A stretch of 64,000 bases of DNA, from assembly GCF_964355755.1 (NCBI RefSeq), contig NC_092675.1, forward strand, positions 28,182,912 through 28,246,911, in the 5' to 3' direction. Positions 53,901 to 64,000 of this stretch are shown in pieces (position 1 is the stretch's first letter; each line of letters opens with the position of its first letter). The notes beneath the pieces were generated by a model, which was not told the DNA's origin, did no database searches, and was given only the letters and a program-made list of their open reading frames with translations. This DNA comes from Antedon mediterranea (Eukaryota > Animalia > Echinodermata). A program made the translations under genes and the position numbers.

Positions 53901-54947
53901 CTATAGAGGACACTTTTTAGCATGAATCGTAATTTAATATAAATTAATTATCTTTTCTAGTAATTATCAAAATTTGAATATGAAAATAATACCTCACTTT
54001 GTTCCAATGCATCATCACCAGAACCAGCATTTATGTCTTTTTTATAATATACCTGAAAAACATATTTAAATACTAATTGCAATAATAAAAATATTATAAA
54101 TAATATGGAGTACAGTTTAAAAAAATCGTATTCCAAGAACATTAAATATTAATTTGTTTAATATAAACATGGAGGAAAAAAATCCTCCATGATATAAAGA
54201 AAATTCACAATACAGTCAGTCAACTATTTCATTGCCTTAAAACTATTTTAAAACATAACATTTAAATAATATAATTTATAAATAATAATAAATACAACAG
54301 CCTATCTAAATGAAATTGAATTGTAATATAAAAACAAAACAGCAACAACTTTTAAACTTACATAGTTTTGTTTAACTTTCGCATTGCACTTTTTGAGATG
54401 TTTCTGGAGCTGGTCTTCGTATATTGTACTAAATATTTAACATAAATTATAAATATCCTAGACTAGAGTAGGGTTAGGCTAATAGTAGTAGTAGGGTAGG
54501 CCTCTAGCATTCTTCAATATTATTTTATAAAAAAAATTATTTTCTATTTTAAATTATGTTATTAGATAACATAGTTTTTTTAAATTATAAATTGAACCTG
54601 TACACTTTTAAACTGCAATAAATAAACTGAGTTGAAAAATGTCGCGGCTAGGCCTACAACACACATAATTCAATTGCGCACTCCAGGCGACGAGGAGGGG
54701 CATCATCACACCAACCACGCAGTATGACGAGTGGATGGGCTTTTAGGCCTAGCCCTACTTACTGTTTGTGGTCGACAGGACAGGGAATTCGTTTTCTGTC
54801 ACTGAATTCTATTACATTTGACGAAAATAATATATGTTCACCACAGTAGTTTTTTCCTATGCCCGGAATAAGCTTACAGTATCGTTTTTTCCTTTCTACA
54901 AAATATTGACATCGTCGTTCTTCGCCAGCTTCAATGGGCGCAGCCAT
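50935..54947 (-). CDS. TRMT13: tRNA:m(4)X modification enzyme TRM13 homolog (tRNA 2'-O-methyltransferase)
   Basis: Exons 54763-54947, 54362-54428, 53993-54052, 53739-53808, 53420-53605, 53031-53119, 52399-52546, 51485-51914, 50935-51118 (472 aa). Zn fingers CQYFVERKKRYC..CGEH and CPVDHKH..HLKKC; motifs EFGAGRGQLSHW, KHLCGAATDLALRCL, ALCCHHRC, GRQCKRLIDLGR, SLENV. Confidence 0.93.
52145..52281. mobile_element. MITE family A copy
   Basis: AGCTCTGTGTATCAA...GTTTGATAGTGTAGACAGAG. Confidence 0.75.
52625..52972. repeat. Interleaved short direct duplications in a TRMT13 intron
   Basis: AATCACTGTGGTATT..GGAAAGTAA occurs at ~52625 and ~52757. TACCGGTA.CCAAATTTATACTTTGCTC..CCAAGGTTTTTT occurs at ~52686 and ~52917. 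Confidence 0.75.
54161..54198. mobile_element. 24-bp hairpin with 7-bp direct repeats (candidate P-element footprint)
   Basis: ATATAAA|CATGGAGGAAAAAAATCCTCCATG|ATATAAA. Confidence 0.6.
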
Positions 54948-55017
54948 TTTGTATTCTAGTTTGTATTTTGTTTGTTTGGTGGCGCCATTTATACTCTAGT
55001 TGCCGTTTTTATGCGTT

Positions 55018-55907
55018 ATTTACCTCCCTCCGCCAAGGAGGTATAATGTATGTATCTCTATGATGTAATTTACCTCCGCCAAAAGGAGGTATAATGTAAT
55101 TGACCTCCGCCAAGGAGGTATAATGTAATTTACCTCCGCCAAGGAGGTATAATGTAATTTACCTCCGCCAAGGAGGTATATGTAATCGGTCGCGCGTGTT
55201 TGTCTGTTTGTTTTTTTAGCAGGATTAGGCCTACTCAAAAAAGTAATTACAAGATCTTTACCAAAATGACAGATAAAAATAGATATGTGGTCACTGGACC
55301 ATTCCATTAAATTTTGGGACCATGGTCCCAATTTTGGACCACTTTTTAGTATACTTTTCAGACCTTCTAGTGTTAAAAGATAGGACAAACTTTTTCAAAA
55401 GCCGGTGAGCAGTCTTAAAGTAACAAGTAAACTAAAATTGCATTTTCTCGAGAACTACTTGTCCAAAAAACTTCATTTTCGTACAAGTGGCAAGAGTTAT
55501 AATTTGTGATTTGATGCCAATTTTAAAACATAATTTGATTTAATGTGCACCTTTTTTGATGCGAGTAGTTTAAAAACCTATTTCTTTTCAAATCCCACTT
55601 GTTTGATTTTCGCGTTGCTGTTCTATTGTTAATCAACTGAAGCTATTGTTAATTGAAAGGGTTCTTACATAACCATTACACAAAACTCGCATACACATGC
55701 TTGTAGTGAAATTAGCCTAAATCACAAACAGCATTAATACACACACAAATATATATATTAATATATCCAATCAGACAGTACTGTTCCGATCTTATTAGAT
55801 CTCGTCAGTGCAGCTCAGGTTTCGAAAAATATATATATATATATTTTTTCCCGAAGAAATCTTATGTAGGAGAATTTTACAGTAGGCGGAGGTATGCATT
55901 CTCTAGT
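55018..55907 (+). mobile_element. Second HINE-family copy with tandemly amplified 5' end
   Basis: About six ~28-bp repeats TTACCTCCGCCAAGGAGGTATAATGTAAT at 55019-55185. The 3' end AATTTTACAGTAGGCGGAGGT..CTCTAGTTT and an internal ACATAACCATTACAC are shared with 6433-7038. Confidence 0.7.
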
Positions 55908-56159
55908 TTTAATTAAAAATAATAATAGATATATAAATATTTCAAAATGTTGAAATGTTAGTGTCATGTGCTTTGGTGTGATGTTGAACAACTGTGTTTA
56001 AAATCAATGAGATGGTGATTAGAATCATTTAAATAACAAAAGAAAGACAAATCAATATTTGAAAATATTTTCCAATCTGTTTCAATGTAATTCGAGAGAG
56101 ATCACGTAAGTAACTAAATACAACTGGTAAACACACAGGCGTATTTAAATAGAAAAATA

Positions 56160-57999
56160 ATGTCCAGAGGAACGACTTACGGAACTGCTCCCCATTCTCA
56201 GTCCGTCGACATGGAAGATAGAGAAGCTGGGAAACAACTTCTGCCGACTAATGCCATGGGTAGCGATGACTCGGATGACTTGCAGGAGTTTTCGTTGCCT
56301 CCACCCAGGAAAAGTGCTGTTCGGCATAATAGAAAGTAAGTTACTTTTGGGTTAGTTTTGATAATGATGACGAAGGCGATGAAATATTTTTTATGAGATG
56401 ATGGAGTGGAGTGATCTAGTTTGGAAACAATACGACTGAAAAAAAATCTGAAAATGTTTTTACTTAACCTATAACCTAACCCTAACCGTTGTCGAAGACC
56501 ACCACACAATTCTATTCAACACTTGTACCTACTTAGGCCTACCCCAAAAAAAGTGTTGCGCGTGTAACATTTTTCTTCGTCTGGGGCTTTTATGGAAGTA
56601 AGTATGATAAGTTTAAGTGGAGAGATCACCTCTCGCTAAACGACGAACACGTTTTCAATTCATAATAAGACACGCACGTTGGTACAGAATTCCATTTTAT
56701 TGAATTAAGATCACACGACAAATTTTTAAACCAAAGGTATGTTTCATTTTCTATTTGTGAGTGGGCTCTTGCACCGGTATACCTGCCTATCATGCAAAAA
56801 GTTTGTTTGTATATAGGCCTAATAGAATTTTAAAAGGCATGTTAAATCTTCATTCAAATGATATGTTTATGAGCCTATTATTAGTAATCAATTTGTCTAA
56901 TGTATAGTACGGACTAAGAACATCAAAATCGGATTTCTCGTACAAGGCCTACTATTTCGGTGGTGGTGTTGGGCCAATACATTCAAATTAAGTACCAAAA
57001 TAATCAGATATTAGCCTACACGTCCATTTTGTTTAGACCGATTTTTCACAAGTGCATTCACGATGTGCAACAGGTGTCAGTTATAGATTGTTTTATCGAT
57101 TGTGACGTCTCTGTTGAGTAATAGGCCTGGCAGACCACCACCTATTTAATTGATATTGTTGTGTAATAAAGGATAAAAGTAAAATCACCACAACCGATTG
57201 CTGCTAAGCACGCACGTTGAGCTTAATATTGAATCACTAACCACACCGCCCGAAGCGCGCAGCGTGTCAATTGTTGTGCGATTCGTCGTCGCGAGATGGA
57301 TTCAATTTGGGATATGAACAAAAAAATCAGAACTTTAAAACCTCAAATAATCTGTCATTCCAAACAATATCTGTTTCAGTTTCGGTTTTGGCTCTGAAAA
57401 AAACCTCTCATATGCTCTGTAGCTCTGTCTACACTATCAAACTTGTGACAAAAAAATATGTGATGTGCCCATAATGGACATGATGATGTCATATCACTAC
57501 CATATTTTGTGCATATCACTTTCATATTTGAATTACCTTGAAATTAAGGCTAAAGCAAATTGCTTATTCGCCTCTCTGGAATTACATATTTGGGCACATC
57601 ACGTTTTTTTTGTTTTAGAATAATAATCCTTAGCAACAACTTTGATACATTAATAGTCTCACTCTCTTAAGTTAGAACGAGCGTTGAGAAATAAGCCCGC
57701 TTTAAAGATTGTAGGAATTTTGAGATGACGTCATCATAAGTGGGAAAATAATATTGTGGAGTAGAATAAATGCACTGATTTCAAAGTCATGAAACAACAA
57801 TGATTTTTTTTTATCCTTTTGTTTTTTTCCAGAAAACTGTCGAGTCGAGCGGTTGGGGATGACATTTCATCATTCAATGTTGTTGTTGCCTTAAAATTCA
57901 TGTTGGTTGTCTTTATGCTAACGTGTATGTGTGGATTGTGTATAATATCACTGAGTCTGAAAACTGAAATCGAGAGTTTGAAGAGCAAGGTTGATAACT
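56160..57999 (+). CDS. Putative alternative EFCAB14 N-terminal exons 1a/2a (alternative cytoplasmic tail plus TM anchor)
   Basis: Exon 56160-56335 (ATG..RHNRK, donor AA|GTAAGT, phase 2) and exon 57833-57999 (acceptor TTTTTTTCCAG, hydrophobic VVVALKFMLVVFMLTCMCGLCIISL, donor T|GTAAGT, phase 1). Both are in frame with each other and with EFCAB14 exon 3 at 62550. Confidence 0.65.
57421..57605. mobile_element. MITE family A copy (partial, with insertion)
   Basis: Left TIR plus internal family motifs. Confidence 0.7.
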
Positions 58000-58018
58000 G
58001 TAAGTATACACTTCTTAA

Positions 58019-58385
58019 AGCTAAAAGTTAGCCCACCGTAGCGACGCAACGTAACGCAACCTACGCAACGTAAAGCGTGGTTCCCACTAGCGACGCAACA
58101 CAAAGACGTAACGCAACGCAAGTGAATGGTAAACGATGGTTTATTCGCTTGTCTCTAACTTTGCTTGTCATTGGGTAAAACGCTTGCGTTGCGTTTACGT
58201 CCTTGCGCTACGTTCTAGTGGGAACCAAGCTTTAGAAAATGCTCTTCCAATAATTGTGTTTGCCCCGCCTGCGTGAAATCAAATCTGCGATGCAGTGCAG
58301 AACTATTGCGTCGTCGGTTCCCACTTGTAATTCGCAATACAACACGACGCTGTTACGTTGCGTTCTAGTGGGGAACCACGCTTAG
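58019..58385. mobile_element. Cluster of Harbinger-like MITEs
   Basis: TIR AGCGTGGTTCCCACTAG / CTAGTGGGAACCAAGCT at 58074-58231, with a further end at ~58365-58383. Internal ACGCAAC repeats. Confidence 0.7.
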
Positions 58386-58792
58386 GCATACGAACCTCAG
58401 GATAGATATCATTCACAGCACAAGTTTAACATCCATGTATTCAATAATAAATATATTATATATTGTGAATGAACAAACTAACATTAATATTGATACCGTA
58501 ACTATAAATTGAAGACATTGTTTCGACATTTGCATTGTATGTAAATTGTGATTAGGCCTACATAGTTTGTTATCTTAATTTTTGTAGGCTGCCTTGAATA
58601 AATTGAATATTACAAGAACACAGACTCCGATTGTATCCGAATAATAATAAAAAATATGTAGGTCTACAACAAAAACAAAGTAAAACATTATATCAGTTAA
58701 AGTAACAAACTTATAATAAACTAAATTGGCATAATGACAATGATAAAAGTCACAGTTAATTGGTGGTCTAATGACAATGATAAAAAGTCACA

Positions 58793-58831
58793 GTTTAATC
58801 ATAGAGGATTTTTATACCTCCATGGTTTAAT
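58793..58831. mobile_element. 25-bp hairpin with 7-bp direct repeats (candidate P-element footprint)
   Basis: GTTTAAT|CATAGAGGATTTTTATACCTCCATG|GTTTAAT. Confidence 0.6.
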
Positions 58832-59272
58832 ATTGAATTTAGGCCTAGCTGATAAGTCTACCACTAGGCTATATAAACAGGCTTAAAGTCACAACGGAAT
58901 CGAAACAATCAAACCCTGAAACCATTAGAATTAATATAGGCCCTACCTACTAAGTAGGTCTCTGTAATAAATTACCATTCCTTAACATATACAGTAACAT
59001 CTAAGAAAGTATCTACATGAACATTCTAGAATAAGATGTTTTGATTTAAGAAACCATGTATAATTAATATAAGAACAATCAGGAACATTCCAGAAGTGCT
59101 AAGGAAGTATAAGGAATGATCTTATAGAAGGGTGAACATATTGTATATAAGGGGAAGTATGAGAATTGTAAGAAAGGGAGAAGGATTTTTTGATTGAAGC
59201 ATTTATTTTTTTGAAGAAGGTTGGATATTAGATTGTAAAAGTTCTTGTGAAGCTGTTTAAAGTGCTTACTGG

Positions 59273-59397
59273 ATTCAAGATTCAAGATTCAAGATTCAAG
59301 AAATTTTATTTGTCCATAAAAATGGAAATTCACTTTGCTTGGTAGATTAAAACAACAATATTGCAACAATTTAAAACGTGCAGTATTATAACAGATT
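59273..59397 (-). mobile_element. 3' end of the same LINE family
   Basis: (TTCAAGA)n followed by sequence nearly identical to 23660-23778. Confidence 0.85.
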
Positions 59398-60141
59398 GGA
59401 TTGTTGAAAGTTGAAGTTGATTGGAATTAATGCTTTGTTTTTGAGTTATTTTACAACTTTTTGGATTTTGTGTGTATACTTTTAGAGTTCCTAAAGTATT
59501 TTCAACCGCTCGGAAACATATGTAAAGCCTAAAGGGAGTTCGTGACAGTCTCCCATAAACGGTAGCACACTTGCCACGTGGTTATATTGCTATGATAACT
59601 AAAAAGTTAAGTTCATGTACTGTAAAAGAGACTTATCCATGTTCATGTAGGGTGTTTATTCATCATCAGCTACAATTTTGCTTTTTTTTTTTGCATATAA
59701 GAGTCAATAAAAATACAATGTTTAAAATGGTGTTTTACATTCAACTTATGCAACTACTTTAAAGATATAATATAGTAGGTTTTATTTATGTTTTCTGAGA
59801 GGTGGTGAGAAGGATGGTGAAGGATGAAAAGTGGAATATTCCAAAATACCTTTTCTCATGTATAACAAGGATTCACATTGGTTGGAATTTTCGCTGTGCC
59901 GAGCATTATCGAATCAAATTCACTGTATTGTAATTCATGTGAGGGTATACATCATCAGTATTCCGTATCTGACGTCTAAACATGGCAGAAGAAATTACAG
60001 ATTATACGAAAGAATCGTTTGAAAAAGCAGTAAACTAAGCAAAGAATAAATACTGATTTTCTACAAGTTTTTTTAAGTTATTAAGACGCAACCCTGGATC
60101 ATCAAAGCAAGTCAAATGGGTTCTCAAAGCCTGTTAAAAAG

Positions 60142-63100
60142 ATGAAAAAACGGAAGGAACTGGACGCCCTTGTCACAAACGGATCCCGTACAAAACTGTC
60201 CAACAACAAGAAGAAAACTATGCCTTCTCACAAAGAAGAAGGGCACGAATTGCTCCTAAATATAGAATCTGACAGCGGGTCATCGCTGGACTTAGATTTC
60301 TCTCCACCTAAAAGAACATTTGTTAGGAAGTAAGAGACGTGTTATTTAAAATGTCATTTGTTATAGAAAGAGTATTCAACAAGAAGAAGTCTTCTTTTGC
60401 CGGGACCAGGTGACTCGGCGGCGGATCGAGTACTACTGAGAGACGCTAGCCTAGGCATAGCTTAGCTAGCGATCCGACTAGTCTACTAGTTCTAGCCTAC
60501 CCCAAGTCCCGCGGTAGGCCTCGTAGGCGCCAATAACAACATTTGTTGTTATCATTTCCTCACCTAGCCTAGTATGCCTAGCTAGGCCTAGGCCCTAGGC
60601 CTATCTTTTATTTTTGTATGAAATGAATATATTTTTGTCATTTATTTGTTTGTTGGCTTCATCCGCCCACACTTTATAAAACTGTGTTTTAAAAAATGTG
60701 ATAAAATTATGTTTAAATATGCGCCCCAGATAATATAACTTATAAGTGGGCTTGAATATAATAAGATTCCCTATATTTGATGTGTAATGGAAATCTGAAG
60801 TTCAATTTGTATGTAAAAGCAGATCTTATATATTGTACTATGATGATAAACGTTTTCTTTTACTCTACCACCAGACCTAATGTTTGCAACATTTGTCTAT
60901 CTGGCTGTGTCTTAGTTTTACTTGTTGCTTCACTTATAATGTCTATTGCACTCCTTTGGATGAACTTTGATCTGAAAAATGATGTAGATGGTCTAAGGCA
61001 AAGACTGGAGCTTGGTATGTTTTGCAACTCTCTAGACTCTATGTGGTCGTTGAATAATGTGTTTGTAACTGTAATAGCCAGCATGAGGCAGACATCGCAC
61101 TTGCCTATGTTTATGAATCAAATGAATATTGGTTGTTAGCTTTAAGTTATCCTCCCACACTTTAAAATCAAATTCATCAGTAGGTGTTTTGTTTTATAAT
61201 GAAAAATGTATGTTAGAAGCTTTTTTAAAACCATAACTAGTACCGGTAATAATATTTTAAAGGATAAAATGGAAAAAATATAATAATGGTGAAGAAAACA
61301 TATTTTTTACTATATTCCAAATTCAAACTTCCTACTAACTAAAAACACTAAATATACTTGCTCAATTTAAATATTATTCTTCAACATGTTTATGTTTGAT
61401 TTGGGTACTGTATATACCTGTTATATAAGGTCACATACAAGGTCATGCTGTTTATGTCTGAAACAACACATGTAATTTGTCAAAAGAAAGATAAATGTGC
61501 ACGTTATTTGAAATACGATATAAAGTAAAATGTATTATATAAGGTAAAGTAATAATTTTAAGTTTTAATTGATAATTAATATACATTATTATTATTTGTA
61601 GTTAGTGGTTTAAACTTAATATAACTTATTATATATTGTTTAAACTTACTGTATATATTGTTTAAACTTATTATATATTGTTTAAACTTATTTACAGTAT
61701 TATAGTTTAACTGTAGGAAAGACCATTTAAAATAATGTTTAATGTAATATCTCGTACAGTAGGCTTACTTAGATTTCTCATAAAACAAAATTGAAACATT
61801 TCAGTTCTTTTATTGCTATTATAAAATAAGAGCAATAAAAAGCTCAGAATCATATTTAATGTTACAATTGTTTGTACAGTATATACATTGAATTTGAATG
61901 GTAAATGCATTATAGCATACAAAAGTGATTCTGTGACTCATTGAGTTTGTATTACTATACAATTTATACAATAAGTGTTTTCAGTTTTATAGGTAAATGT
62001 ATAATTTAAGTGAATCTTTATCAACTACTAAATTATGCATTAATTAATGTTTATTTTGAATAATTAATTATACTATTGTAATAATTCACCATGGTCCAGG
62101 CATACCATGATCTATATTTTATCATGGTATACACTTACCATATTGCGGCCACCGGTGATCCGTTTAAAATAGGGAAACCAAGCATATCCAGGAATGTACT
62201 ATAAAGCTCTGTCTACCCTATCAAACTAGTTTGACAACAAAAGTGTGATGTATCTAAATATGGTAGTGATATGCCCAAATATGGTAGTGATATTACATCC
62301 CTATGTCCATATTTGGGACATTATTGTCACATAAAGTTAGTGATAGTGTAGACCAGGCTTAATGTTTATGAAAGTACATTTTTTGTTGTCATCAAACATG
62401 GGGGACAAGGCATATCTCTCCTTCCTACAACTACAAGATCTGTGCATATTTAGTGCATGCAGAAATAAAATGATAAACTGCATGTTTTTAGGGATACTGG
62501 TGAAAATATAATAATGCAAATAGTTATGATATTTTATTTTATTATTTAGTTGAGAAAGAAAGCAGCACATCCAAATCACAGCTAGATTCGTCAGGCGCAT
62601 TAATTAATGGACTGGAGAAGAACATTAATGATAGTCGGAATAAATTAAAAGAGAATGTTGAGAGGCTGGACATGAAATTGGTAGAAGTTAACAATAAGGT
62701 TGGTCCTTTTTCCTTTAATTCTACGAAGTAAATCAATCTTCTTTTTTTAAAAATCTCTTTTGGTTCATAGAAAGTAAAATTATATAAATGAATTCAAAAT
62801 AAAAAAAGACTATACTGATTACCACTACTCATCTCAGGATGGCATTCAACCTGGAGAGCATCTTTAACTTATATAAGACGTTGTCTATAATCGTTGAGAC
62901 TAAAACATTTTTTACTTGAATTGAGTCTACACATCTGGCCATAACCGGTTAGTGGCGGTTTCATCACTGTTGGTTGTGAACAAAATAAAATAAAAATATC
63001 GATTTTCTATTAAATTGTTTAGCTTGGGATTATTATTGTTATATAATATATATATTTTTGTATTGTAGATAGTAGAACTTAATACTACATCACTAGCATT

Positions 63101-63563
63101 GAAGAATAAAGTACAAGCATTGCTGACACCGAAACAAGCAGTAGCTGCTGATGACCCACAATTGCAGAAGGTAGAAACTTTTTTTTTTTTTGGATTGCTT
63201 GCATTTTGAAATGAGAAGTCTAAAAACCTGAATAAAACGCCTTTTTGTGATATTTAGTTATCACCAGATTTTAGATCGAAGTGTCACATCACTTTCGTAC
63301 GGTATAATGACGAGCATTCATTGCCTGAATGGCAGCTGGATAAAAGCTGTTACAAAACATTTGTACAAGTAATGATGGACCGGTAACATCTACCGCTACG
63401 TAAAACCACAAATACTTTTTTTTTATGTGTATTATTGTAGGTTGTTGCTGGTTTGGGTAGTGAAGTTGAAGAATTGAAAGGTACAGTACAAGTTGTACAG
63501 AGTAGTCAAAAACAGCAACATGAAGACATTCAGTCCCTGAGCAAGAATGTAGCAGATCTGCAG
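60142..63563 (+). CDS. EFCAB14: EF-hand calcium-binding domain protein 14 (type II TM coiled-coil; continues past right edge)
   Basis: Exons 60142-60329, 60875-61014, 62550-62698, 63069-63170, 63441-63563. N-terminus MKKRKELDAL is characteristic. CNICLSGC-TM-WMNFDLKNDVDGLRQRL is followed by coiled coil and LQK|VVAGLG. Confidence 0.85.
62206..62359. mobile_element. MITE family A copy
   Basis: AGCTCTGTCTACCCTATCAAAC...GATAGTGTAGACCAGGCT with TAA flanks. Confidence 0.8.
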
Positions 63564-64000
63564 GTAAGATGATTGCATAAGCCGTACCAAAACTACCATA
63601 TCTAATGTCTATAAAAATGGATGTGGCTATCTCCGCGCTCAACCATTCGTGTATAAAGTTTTATATGGGCATGGTCGACTGTAGATGTAATTTAGTATTT
63701 TCTATTTGTACGGATGGCCGTGCTCGATAGTCAAAAATTTGAGGTGGTGGCAATCATTGGTCCTTATAACCAATGTTAACCTATCTGTAAGGTTGATCAT
63801 GCTTAAATCGGTCGTATAATAGGGAACTAGATGCCCAGTCAACTGTGCCAATAGAAATGTTTACATTAGACACACGGTCTACCATACCGATAGAAAATAG
63901 TAAATTATAATGGCCAGTTTCTATAACCACACTGAATATTCTGGAAGTGGTTATAAAAGAATGTGAGAAGAAACATGGTCATGAATATAACTGCATGCCT

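Noticed and set aside
55020-55388. 122-aa ORF with repeated AEVNYII
   Set aside because: Lies within the HINE terminal repeats; no coding hallmarks.
56462-56490. Interstitial telomeric repeat (CCTAAC-like)
   Set aside because: Only 3-4 degenerate units, typical of MITE interiors.
62100-62132. Fourth P-footprint-like hairpin CATGAT...ATCATG
   Set aside because: The flanks are not an exact 7-8 bp direct repeat, so it was left out of the set.

Overview
AT-rich, intron-containing eukaryotic (metazoan, probably invertebrate deuterostome; inferred from gene set and Deu-type SINEs) genomic window. Seven spliced protein-coding genes were reconstructed by hand with consistent intron phases: a PLK2/3-like polo kinase (-, runs off the left edge), SPICE1 (-), CCDC152 (+), SREK1IP1 (-), TM2D1 (+, with a U12 AT-AC intron), TRMT13 (-) and EFCAB14 (+, runs off the right edge). 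The last six form three consecutive head-to-head pairs. Non-coding DNA holds a ~4-kb 44-bp minisatellite, smaller tandem repeats, many MITEs, Helentron-like elements, LINE fragments, and tRNA- and 5S-derived SINEs. The most notable observations are: (i) an extra exon pair upstream of EFCAB14 that mirrors its exons 1-2 and would swap the cytoplasmic tail and TM anchor; (ii) 24-30 bp hairpins with perfect 7-bp direct repeats that look like P-element excision footprints; (iii) excess TACAGTA/TACTGTA words and promoter-clustered TAGGCCTA words that may be Tc1/mariner-type footprints; (iv) a paired filled/empty site that defines a Helentron-like element carrying tRNA-Glu-derived sequence. Gene identities come from remembered motifs, not database searches.
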